Assembly: GCF_016432865.1 (NCBI RefSeq)
Contig: NC_067400.1
Coordinates: forward strand, 571,020,001-571,084,000
Direction of reading: 5' to 3'
Length of the DNA: 64,000 bases
Source of the DNA: Antechinus flavipes
Taxonomy: Eukaryota
Part shown: one piece after another, positions 25,140 through 36,899 of the stretch
Position numbering within the stretch: the stretch's first letter is position 1
Layout: the number at the start of each line of letters is the position of its first letter
Program-made: the position numbers and the translations under genes
The notes under the pieces: generated by a model
Told to the model about the DNA's origin: nothing
The model's database searches: none
The model's input: the letters and a program-made list of their open reading frames with translations, nothing else

Positions 25140-25619
25140 CTTAAAGTAGGCCACTTGTAGGTAGTTGTAGGGGCTCCGCTTGCGGAACTCCAGCTCCAGC
25201 TCCTCGCTGAGGGTGTGAGCGGCGGGCGGGCCCAGGCAGGCGCGGAGGCAGGCGGCACGATGCAGCAGGCTCCCGAAGAAGCGCAGGTCTTGCAGGGCAG
25301 TTGCGGCCCGGCTCGTCTCGGCCTCGAGCCCCGGCTCAGGCTCCCAGGGGTGCTGGGCGGCGCACTCCGAGCGGCAGCGCAGACGCAAGGCTCGGAGCGA
25401 GGCCCGGGAGCGCAGCGCCCGTTCCATGTGCAGCACCACCGCCGCCCAGTCCCCGCGGGCGTAGGCCGCGGCACCCGCCGCGAACAGTCCGTCCGGGGCC
25501 TCGATCGACTCCAGCCCCGCTGCCACAGACGCCGTCCCCGGGTCCGCGGCAGTCCAGAGCCAGGCCTCAGCCCCAGCCCAGGCCACGGACACCCACAGCC
25601 ACAGAGCTAGCCAGGCCAT
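25140..25619 (-). CDS. P3H1: Prolyl 3-hydroxylase 1 (leprecan), coding exon 1 of 15; spliced CDS 2226 nt = 741 aa
   Basis: ATG at 25619 starts MAWLALWLWVSVAWA (signal-peptide-like); contains YARGDW, CRSEC and CLRAC (CXXXC) and FRKRSPYNYLQVAYFK; donor AAG|gtgcgg. All 15 exons join in frame with GT-AG sites. Confidence 0.97.
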
Positions 25620-26718
25620 AGCCGACCGTGCACACCTAACGGACCCGGCGGGCAGCCACTCACAACCCGCCTGGAGCTCCGCCCCAGAAGCCAACCCCGC
25701 CCTAAAGGCTGAGCCCCGCCCCTAGGCGGCCTGACCCGACTAGGGTGAAACCTCGGCCTTAGACTGCATCCCAGAATGAGACCTACCCTTAGACCTATGC
25801 ACCACCCTCGAAGGATAAAGCCCTGCCTTTAGACCGCCTCAGAGAACAAGCTCCGCCTCTAAACCTATGCACCTCCTCCAAAGAATAAAGCCCCGCCTTT
25901 AGGCCAATGCACCTTTTCTACTGGACGTTTTGCCCTTAGACCTCCAAAAAAAAAGTGAGCCCCACTTTCTAGACCTATGCCCGCCCCACAGTGTGAAGCC
26001 CCACCCCTAGACCAATACACGTTTGGGGGCCAAGGGATGCAACACGTCACACATATACCATGCCTTCCTCTAGACTGATTCACCACCCCTAGGTTCCTTT
26101 TTCCTCTTTTCCGTCCGTCAGGAAGGAGGTGAATCTTAGACTTGAGCCTCACAGGTAGAAGTCTTCCCAGGACAAAAGACTTAAATCATAACCGTGTCCC
26201 CGCCCCCGCCTCTCTGGTAAGTCTTTAGGCCAGAGCCCTCAGAGTGTAGCCCCGCCCACAATAGAATGCCATCCTTGGCCTAGATAGAAAGACTATCTCC
26301 GCTCCTCAGAAGGGAGGCGGCATCTTCAGAACAGAGCCCAGATAACAGTTTGAGTAACCCAATGGTACCCAGATCATCTTTACATTCATATTTAACATAC
26401 TCTACATTTACATCTTTACTTTAGAGAGAGGTCTCAAGCACATCAAATGGATCCTACTAGATTGTAAGCAAATGCTAATATTTTTATTTTTCTGCTTTCC
26501 CTAGCTCTTAGCAAAGAACAGAGCCCCATTTTTAGTGACCCGTCCCTACAACGAAGCCCCGCTTCCCAACCAGGAGGCAGCGAGCTTAGTCCCGTCAGCC
26601 CCTCTCCAGGAGGCGCGACCTTATTTTAAAGCCACGCCCCCTGACGTAGCCCTTCCATTAGCCCGCCTCTTCCTCACAGCGCATGCGTCACCTGTCGGGC
26701 TTCTCCAGAGTCGGGAAC
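25620..26718. promoter_or_regulatory. Bidirectional CpG-island promoter shared by P3H1 and C1orf50
   Basis: Divergent ATGs at 25619 and 26719; many CCCCGCCC/CCCCGCCT GC boxes; CRE-like TGACGT at 26642; NRF1-like GCGCATGCGT at 26679-26688; YY1-like AACATGGCGGC overlapping the C1orf50 ATG. Confidence 0.85.
26340..26516 (+). repeat. 177-bp copy of 28749-28926 (C1orf50 intron 2) inserted in the promoter
   Basis: Near-identical text agataacagtttgagtaaccca...ctagctc(t/c)tagcaaag; AGAACAGAGCCC on both sides. Confidence 0.93.
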
Positions 26719-26797
26719 ATGGCGGCTCCTGAGGCGTCGGTCTGTGAAGACGACGTGGTGGGAACTGAGGCGGGCGGGGGGACGGACCCTCAGCCAG
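26719..26797 (+). CDS. C1orf50: C1orf50 homolog exon 1 of 5; spliced CDS 630 nt = 209 aa
   Basis: aacATGGCG Kozak context; MAAPEASVCEDDVVGTEAGGGTDPQP; G|gtaaga donor, phase 1, matches exon 2. Confidence 0.85.
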
Positions 26798-26880
26798 GTA
26801 AGAGGGCTGGGGGCGGCGGGGTTGAGGCAGATGCTTAGTGTCCGCCGACTACATGCTCAGGGCTCATGTTTCACTCGTAG

Positions 26881-27029
26881 AGACCACTATGGAGACTCAC
26901 CAGGATCCCGCCAACTGCAACAACGCCGTCTCCACGGTCTCGTCCGACCAGTTCCTGGTGACCCCTTACCACACCCGCCGCATAGGGAACCCTGAGGACC
27001 TCGTGGAGCTCGCTCAGCAGGTCCAGAAG
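26881..27029 (+). CDS. C1orf50: C1orf50 exon 2
   Basis: cgtag| acceptor; ...LVTPYHTRRIGNPEDLVELAQQVQK; |gtgagg donor. Confidence 0.88.
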
Positions 27030-29268
27030 GTGAGGGGAGAGAGACGAGAAGGGAGCAGAGAGAGCCTGGGACAGGGGGAGAGGAGAGAGAGCCGAGAGAA
27101 GGGAGGGGTGGGGAGAGAGAATATGGTGGGGGCGAGAGGGGAGGATGCCGGGGTTCTGGTGGGATGGAGGAAGAGGGAAAAGAATATAGAGGTGAGGTGA
27201 TGGGAGGGAGGGGAAGAAAAAATACCTGGGAGTGAGTGGATGAGGGAAGGACCAGATCTGGGTGAGGATCGTAGAGTTTGGTGTGGAAGTGGTAGAAAGA
27301 CTTGGCTCTTGTGGGGAATATGGAAGGCAGTACTTGAGCTTTGTGAGGATAGGGAAAAGTCTTAGCCTTTTTATTTATTTTTATTTTTTTTGAGGAGAAA
27401 GAAGGATGGAAGAAGATTCCTAGCTTGTGGCAAGATTAAGGAGACTTTGTCCTTGGAAGGTTGGAGAGACCTTTGTATATTACCTGATGACGGTAGCCAG
27501 AGCAGGCATTTATATATATATATACATGTACACAACACATGTGTATTTGTATGTCCATACATATATGTATACACACATATCTTGTTTATGCTTGTTTGTG
27601 GTGCCCCCAGTAGGCAGTAAATTCTTTGAGAGCAGAGGGACTACTTTTGCTTTTCTTTGTATCTCTAAGGCTTAACACTATAGTAGGTGTTTAATAAATG
27701 CTTGATGATGATTGGAGCTGGAAGGGACCTCAGAAGCCTTCATGTCCAACCCCTTTGTTTTTACAGATAAGGGAACTGAAAGGTTAAGTGATTTGCTCAA
27801 GGTTGCACGGTTAGAAGTTACGGGTTGAACTAGATGATCCCATTCAAAAATTCTGTCATGTGCAATACAAAGCTATCCATACCAACAAATAACAGTATAG
27901 TAGATGATTTTCCCAAATTATCTCAGTTTTCAATCTCACATAGTTTTCATTTCCAGTGGAAGTTTCTTCTCATACAATGTTACTTCTGCACTTTGCCTCT
28001 AAAAGATTACTTGTGTTTTAGAAACATTGTGATATTTGATGATAGTAATGAAAAATGTTCCCATTGTTCCCACTGCCTTAGAGTGCCCTTGATGATGATA
28101 AATAAAGGTAACCATTTTCTCAACTGCACCTTTGATAGATTTCTTGGTCCCATTTTCCAGTAAAGGAAAATTCAGATTTTTATGACTTTCTGTGACTTTT
28201 ATCTTCTCCTTTTTAGAATGGGGGAAAAACTATGGGTCAAAAGATGCTAATTTACACAGGTAGATAAGTGGTATATTATCAGACTATTGTGAGGAAAATT
28301 AGTATAGAATATTGGAGGCACAATTTTTAATTCTTCTAAGCTTACATGCTGATTTTGTAAATACTCCATGGACAGGGAAGGCAATTACTGAGTGTCTCCT
28401 ATATTTATAGAATTGTCTTGGATGCTATTGGTGGGAATAAGATTTGGTCTTTTTGGAGCTAGGTAAGTTGAGAAAGCATATACAAGAAATATGCAAGAAA
28501 CAATTAGCTAACATTGAGTAGTTTACAATGTATGTGTACGTGGATATATATGTGTGTGTGTATATATTGTCTGTATGTGTGTGTATCAAATGCACAAGTT
28601 AAAAGAGCACTTCATATTCTTGTTATGCTTATATTCTCATTTGTGATATTTTCATTTTATATCAATAATGACCTATATACCAGAAGTCATTATAAGAAAT
28701 GTACCATCAGAAAGGGAGTAGGCTATTTATATGGCAGAAATGAGGGGAAGATAACAGTTTGAGTAACCCACTAGTACCCAGGAGATCTTTACATTCACAT
28801 TTAACATACTGTACCATTTACATCTTTACTTTAGAGAGAGGTCTCAAGCACATCAAATGGATCCTATTAGATTGTAAGCAAATGCTAATATTTTTATTTT
28901 TCTGCTTTCCCTAGCTCCTAGCAAAGTACTTTGTATGTGGTGATGAAGTGATAAAGAATTTAATTACATGACTTAGAAACATAACTGATGAGAAAGCACA
29001 GTACTGGATAATTTTATTTGGGTAATTGGAGTTACATGGGAAGGCTTCAGAGTTCTTTCTTCTTCCTGCTTACTTTGAATGTGTATAGAGTGGCAAGGGA
29101 TCTGGACCTACTGGAGTTTCTACCAGTAGCTATATAAAGTTTGTTAGGAGATCTTTTAAGATATTGCTCTTTGCTATGTCCAGCCCTTTTCATTACACAT
29201 CTATTTTATCATATAAAAAAAATTGGAGCAGGGAGTTTGGAAGAAATATTATAATATTCTCTCTAAAA

Positions 29269-29730
29269 TGTAATATTCTCTGTTTCTTTTTCTTTGGGGG
29301 ATCTCTGGAAGAAGCCTTCCTTTCAGTTCAGTACTCACCACAAGTGCAGCCAGGGATTAAAGTCCAAATCCTTTATTGTCCCTTTCCAAGTGTTTTCTCC
29401 TTTCCTGTGGTCCAGTTAGCTTTCTTATAGTCAAGATCCTTTATTATCTCCTTACTGGAGCTGGGAAGCTTTCTGGAGATCCTTTCAGTCTGGCCTTGGT
29501 TCTGAGAGCTTGAGCTCCTGCCTGCCTTCTCTGGCTTCTGAATCTCCCCGACTGAATCCTGGCTGAGGCTCCTAGCTTATATATGCTCTCTTATCAAAGG
29601 TGTGAATCTTATAAAACTATAGTAAATACTAAGTACATGTACTGAACTAGAGAAGTGTTAAGCATCATGCTAAATAACCATTGCCTCTATCAATTCCACT
29701 TAGCACCTTGTTAAGTTGTGGCCCATAACA
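29269..29730 (-). mobile_element. Solo LTR (ERV), antisense in C1orf50 intron 2
   Basis: Minus strand starts TGTTATGGGC and ends ...ATTACA; TATA-like element at ~29580; AATAAA at 29445-29440 and 29377-29372; left boundary and TSD uncertain. Confidence 0.7.
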
Positions 29731-31040
29731 GAAAATGTTATTCCTCTGGCAGCTAGATCAAACTGAACAGTGAACAGATCAAACATTTGGAGTTAGGAAA
29801 ACCCTGTTCTCTCCTTGGGCAAGTGACTTAACCTCTGCCTTGATTTTTTTCAGCATTATAGGGTACACCTATTTCTCAGGAGTGTTGTGAGAATCAAATG
29901 AAATAATATTTGTAAAGCACCCTTAGCACCATTCTGGCACTTAATAAATAATGTAATGTTTATTGACTGACTGTTAAGTGGCATAGTCAAGATTATAGAA
30001 CATCAGATTCATTTGGCTATTCTTTCCACTAGTGAATTGTTAGGATAACTTCTAAGTTGTAAAAACCTTGAAGGTATGAATTGTATTTATTTTTCTATAT
30101 TTCTCAGTGTCTAACAGTATTCTTCCCCAACTTCCCTATCTATAATGTCCCCTCCTCCTTTTTGCCACTCTCACAGCTGTAGTTCACATCACCCCTGCAA
30201 GTCCTTATCATCTTATCCTTGAACTATTTCAATAACCTTCTGGTTAGTCTTCCTGCCTCGGATCTCCCTGTTCCAGTCCATTCTCCAGTCACTACACGAA
30301 ATAATTTCCCTAAAAGTATACTTTCAGACCATATTGCTCTCTAACTCAGTAAAATTTAGTGGCTCTTTGTTATCACCAGGATCAGATATAAAATCTGATG
30401 TTTTATTTTCAGGCTATTCATAACCTGGCTTCTTCCTATATTTCCAAGTCTTCTTATACTTTTTATAACTTCTTATACTTCTTACACTTTTCTTCCCTTC
30501 ACATACTGGTTCTTCTGTGATCATAGCACTTAATCTCCTAGCTTCATGCCTTTTCACTGATAATGTACCATTCTTAAAATGCTCTCCCTCTCTACCCTGC
30601 CTCCCCCCTTGATTCAAGACAGTTTAGATACCACCTTCTCCAGGAAGCCTTTCCTAGGGATCCATTCCGCTTTCTCCTTACCAAACCTGTACTCTTCCCT
30701 CTCCCCACCTGTGTTCCCTATATTATCTTCCATTTACTGTGTACTACATGTTCAAAAAAAAAAAATTATTTTCATGTTAACTCTCCCATTAGAATGTGAA
30801 CTCTTCTAAGGCAGAGACCATAGTTTGAAGTTGAAACAGGGTTTTTAAAATTGTTGTTTGTGTGTTTTTTGACTATTCTTTGTATTCTTCCTTTTTAGTA
30901 CAGTGCCTAATACAGTGAACAAATGCTTGTTAACTGCCTGCTTGACTGAAAATTTATGCTTACTAAAGAGTTCTCTGAATTTTTAGCTCATAAAAAGACA
31001 TCCTTTTCTAGCTTTCATTGAGTTTTCTTTTCTTTCATAG

Positions 31041-31202
<162 letters not shown>

Positions 31203-31891
31203 TAATTACTATTATTATTATTTTTTTTTACTATGTAACTGCTACTAGTCTGTTTGAACAAAGTATTAACCATGTAGGTCTGTCAGATCAATAGGGGGAG
31301 CAGTTATGGAATAGATGGTTCAGCAGTTCAGGCCAGAGTCCAGTTCAATAGGACATTCTTCTCTGTCCTCAATACATATTAGGAAACTCTTAGGAAAAAG
31401 AAAAAATACAAAGGGTTCAGATTTTGATACAGTTTCTAGTAACCTAATCCTTTCCCCCTCCCCCCCTCCCCCAAATTTCAGTTCTCCACATTACAAAGTA
31501 AAATCTTAAATGTTACAAAGTGTTCTTTTAATTATGGGCAACTGTTGCATAACTCTATATTAGGGTAGAATATGTTTTTGCATTTTATATCTTTGCAAAC
31601 AAGTCAGAGTATAAACAGATTGGTCATAGCTCATCTCTCTAAGACAAGGTAAACTTCATCTTGTGGTGCAGAGAGAATTATTTGGACCAGATAATGTATA
31701 CAAACACAAAGGCATGGATAATGAAAAACAAGACTAGTGGAAGCTAAGGGATCAAGAAAAAAAAATAGGTACTGTGTTAAAAATAGGTTAGTTTATATTT
31801 CTTCAAAATTGCTTAAATATTTCATTTTTATTTTCACTATTGTGGATAAAGCCAGAAAACCAAAGCTACCTTCAGACAGAAAAATATGTAG

Positions 31892-32119
<228 letters not shown>

Positions 32120-33962
32120 TGAGACAGGATACACCTGAGCAAATTTACCCTTTAAGAAATCTCTTTGTGAAATCCATAAGAATACATTTATATAGTTGCC
32201 AATGGCAAAAAACGCTGTAGCTCTTTTGTGTGTGTGTGTTTTTTTTTTTTTTTTAAGGGAAAGAATGAGCCTAGGTATAGGCCTGGCAACAGACTTTGCT
32301 TTCCAATGATCATCTAGCTAACTAACAAGTAGGCTTTTCACAAAGTGATTAATTCATTAGCTCACCCCCCAAAAAAGAAAAAAAAATTCCTGATATGGGG
32401 CCCTTTTCTATCTTTGCAGTAATGGTGGCAGAGTTGGGGGAAGTAGAAGGGTGGGGAATGAAGGAGCAAAGGATACTAAAAGAACATAGTTTTTAGACCA
32501 TTTATAAATATTGAGCATTGATGTCTAATGACTGACAAATGGACCTGGTACTGGAGGAAGATAAGTCACATCGATTTTTACTTTTTTTTAAAATAAAACT
32601 AGGGGACAGCCAGAAGTGGCAGCTAAATGGAATGATCATAACTGGAAGGGACCACAGAAGCTATTTAATCCAACTCCCTTTACAACCCAGGGAGAATAAA
32701 TAATAAACAATGGAGGTGAAGCTCTTTCCAGTTCACAAGACCTCCCTAGACAGATAAGGCATTGGCATAATTGGTTTTTGGTTCATTCATAGGCAATAAA
32801 AAGCATAATTTCCTAGGATGTTTGGGCATCTGTTGAAATATTCATAAATATTTGTAAAAAGAACATTACAAAGGGAATTGTACTTATGTGCCAACATTTG
32901 TTACAAAGAATGAGAAGGCTGAGAACTCAATGAGCCTCCCCTCCTCATTCAATAACTTCTATGGGAAAGTGGGCAGTAAGGGAAGATGATTAAAAACATG
33001 TTGGAAAATATATGGCTCAGGAGTAAAAAAAGGAAGGACATCAAAGACATGTAGACTCATGCCTAGATCTTGAATATTTTGTTTAAGAGGAGAATCAGGG
33101 AGCACAGAATATGCCATGCCAATCATGGCAAATGGAATTGGAAGCATAGAAAATGGAATTGATTACATTTTAACAGATGGGAAATAACTAGGAAGAGAAT
33201 TCCTGTGCAGCTGTCTGTATCAGACTGTTGACTTGTTAAGAGACAAGGTCAAAAATCAACAGCAAATTAGAAGAATAAAAGTAAGTAGGGATTTGGTGCA
33301 GTTGCAGCAATTTCAGTCTGACCTTTTTAGACAGTCTAATTATGATAAAACAAGGGAAACAGATAAAAGACCAGACAGTAATAGAAACTATCACCATTTC
33401 CTAAGAAAATTTAGCTAATGTAAATCAGTTGTCATTAACAGACCAATAGAAACCTAGAAACCACTGTACCCAGTAAACCTTTGATTTTGCCAGGCAGGTA
33501 TGTTAGCCAAGAACAACAGTAATCTAGAACACAAATTTATTTGAAAATTTTTATTGAGGATTATAGGAGATAGTGAATGACTGTATCATCTCAAGAATAG
33601 CATGAAACTAATAGGAGAAGGTTTGGAGTTTAGTTTTATATATGTACATGTATGTGTATATGTATGTACATATTTATATGTATGCAAGATAATTTCAATG
33701 TTATAACTTAATTGTTATTAATTTAGTTCATTCCCTATTTAACAAACCATGTCTGACCAATCCTGGAGGATTCTTGAATTCTAGTCTTTCTACTTTCAAG
33801 AATTAAATGAAAATTCTCATACCTTAGCATATAATTATCAGATTTGGAGAATTCCCCAAGTAACTGACTTTTACCCTGTAGAAATCATATCATGAGAATA
33901 TAGTAGGATTTTTAAAAATAGAAATGTATGGTATATTTATATGGCTTTTTTGCCTTCTCTAG

Positions 33963-34145
<183 letters not shown>

Positions 34146-36085
34146 TGACCATGGACAATGCCAAATAGAATGTGGGCCTGGCTATGCTCGTCTTCTTAGC
34201 TTCCCTACATCCTACTTTGTAGGAGTTGTGAGAAGTGAGATGTGATGTACACACATATGAGTATCTTGGATGAAGACTCCCTGTGTGAATTGAAGTATAT
34301 TTATCAACTCCATTTTGGGTTTCACACTCCCTACCTTCAGAGAATCCCCAACTAAACATGGGCCAGTAAACATTATAACACATCACAACTCATCCAGATA
34401 GACAAAATCCATCACTGTAGCTGTACAAGAGACTTTATAGGAAAGAGAGGAAATGTCACTTCCTTTAAAAGTTTGTAGACTACTGTTTATACACAAGGGA
34501 ATCTGTTTTGCCATTTCTTTTAACTCAGGAAATTTACAGATGGGACTAAAGTCAAGCAAAAGGCTTGCTTTTCTGTTTCTATAAGTGATGCTTCCCTGTT
34601 CCAGAGAATTTTAGGCTCAGTCATTATCCAAGGTCTTGGGAATATGTGTTATGCAGAATGGCAGATAGAATAACGGGGCTAATCAGAGAAGTGATTCTAA
34701 TTTCCTTAAAGGGGATGTCTGTTCTGCATTTTCTCTAGCTCCTGTGGCCTTCTCATTTGGGTAGGAAATTGAGACAAGAGCCCTCAGCTCCTAATCAGTG
34801 TTTTAGGATCATAGATTTAGAGCCAGAAGTGACTTTCAGAAACCATTGAATCCATCCCCCTTCTTTTAGGTGGAGAATGAGATGTTAAATGACTTACTCA
34901 GGCTCTGAGGCAGTAGTTGAACCTATTTCCCCCATGAAGCCATACTGCCTTATGGATGAAGATAGTTAAGTTCATGGTAGCTTGCTTTGGGGAAAAGATC
35001 CAGGCTAAACCATGAGAGTGATAGCTTGAGTCCGTTTCAATTCCAAATATCATGAAAGGAAGAGTTGAAACAAGGGAATGGAAATATGAGGACTTTGAAG
35101 TTGTTTGCATAGAATTTATTTTCCTTTTTTCAATAGAATTCAGAGTATCTAGCCTCCTGATCTTCTGTATCATGGACACATCAGACTGAAAGATTTAAGG
35201 ACCTAAGAAATCATCTAGTCCATCCTTATTTGTTTATGGACATAAGAAAACTAAGATTGATAATTCCAAGGTGATCAATATCACATAGATAACAAGGCCA
35301 GGTTTCCAACCCAAGTCCTCTGATTTCCAGTCCAGTACATTTGATGTTATACCAAGTTTTCTCTTATAGTAGTGATAGTAAACAGCAAGGGAAATTCCTG
35401 AAGTTGGGAGCAAATTGCCAATTGCCTTCACTTATGTAAGGCACAGAACAATTATATGAGTAATTTAGAGAAACTGAAGTATGCACAAACCTAGTGTTGA
35501 GCTAGGATTTTTTTTCTGTGAATTACCCAGTTAATTGTTCTAATTAGTTGTTTTCTTTTTCCTCAGGAAAACAAAACAAAACAAAACAAAAAAAAACCTG
35601 TTTTGTAAATAGGATCCTCCTAGATTTATCCCTAGCTAAAAGTTCCCATCAGTCTACTTTCAATTCGTATTCATTCAGTAACTGTTAAGTGCCTACAAAG
35701 AGTATAACAACAGATAAACTTCAGTATCATCATGTGTGATATAGTTTGCTGTGAAGAGATTAAGCTGTATTTTAACTACAGAACTGCCACAACTCCTTGG
35801 AGAATAGCATCTATACTCTTAAAACACATCTTAGAGTTTAGGGTCTTTCCCACTTAGCTGGTTTGACCAATGAATCACATATGGCTAGTCAAAGCCTAAC
35901 AAATTCATCTGGATTTTTTTGTAAAATTAAGGCATATAAATCAAAGTTGGAACTGGAAGTAATGAAGAGGGAACCATGGGGGAGGATGAAAACATGGGCA
36001 GAGAGCCAAAGTGGGAGAGCACTGGCATAGTGCTGTGGCTACCTTTGAACCTAAGTCCAGAATCAAATCTGCTGGAAGGACTTTA

Positions 36086-36429
36086 TTTTTATTTATTTTA
36101 TTTTTTTAAAATTTTTATTTAATAATTACTTTATATTGACAGAATCCATGCCAGGGTAATTTTTTTTACATTATCCCTTGCCCTCATTTCTGTTCCGATT
36201 TTTTTCCCCTCCCTCCACTCCCTCCCCTAGATGGCAAGCAGTCCTTTATATGTTGGATATGTTGCAGTATATCCTAGATACAATATATGTTTGCAGAACC
36301 GAACAGTTCTCTTGTTGCACAGGGAGAATTGGATTCAGAAGGTATAAATAACCCGGGAAGAAAAACAAAAATGCAGATAGTTCACATTTCGTTTCCCAGT
36401 ATTCTTTCTTTGGGTGTAGCTGCTTTTGT
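36086..36429 (-). mobile_element. Young 5'-truncated L1 (3'UTR only)
   Basis: 16-bp TSD TGCTGGAAGGACTTTA at 36070-36085 and 36430-36445; reverse complement of the 12940-13260 sequence. Confidence 0.92.
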
Positions 36430-36899
36430 TGCTGGAAGGACTTTAAAAAAATAGTTCTGTTCATCAGGCTCAGTTTCTGGGAACTCAAAGTGAAAGCAGA
36501 TAATAGGAAGGGAGAGCTAGTTTTTACTTAAGGAAATGCACTAAGTTTTCAGACAGTATACATTGACCATTATCTCCCTGCTCTGAGCATTGTAACAGGA
36601 AAAATTAGAACATCTGCACTTTCTATTATAACATCTCCTTGCCTGGCTATGCCTTTGTCTGATTAACCTCTTGGGTCTTTCTATGTACTGCAAGAATTTG
36701 AGCATGGAACCATTCAGAGAAATTTGATGTTTATTAAGTGCTGATTGTCTAGAGCACTGTGCTGGACTCTGGGATAGAAGGATTAGATGGAGCCTTGCTC
36801 TCAGAATTTATTATAAAGAGAAGACATTGCTAAAATAAACATTACAGTCAAATTTATTCCTATTACTGATGGAAGGGAGGGAATTCAGAAAAAAAAAAA

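Noticed and set aside
25670-26030. Repeat-spacer-like pattern suggesting CRISPR
   Set aside because: Eukaryotic promoter with degenerate units, no constant repeat and no cas genes.
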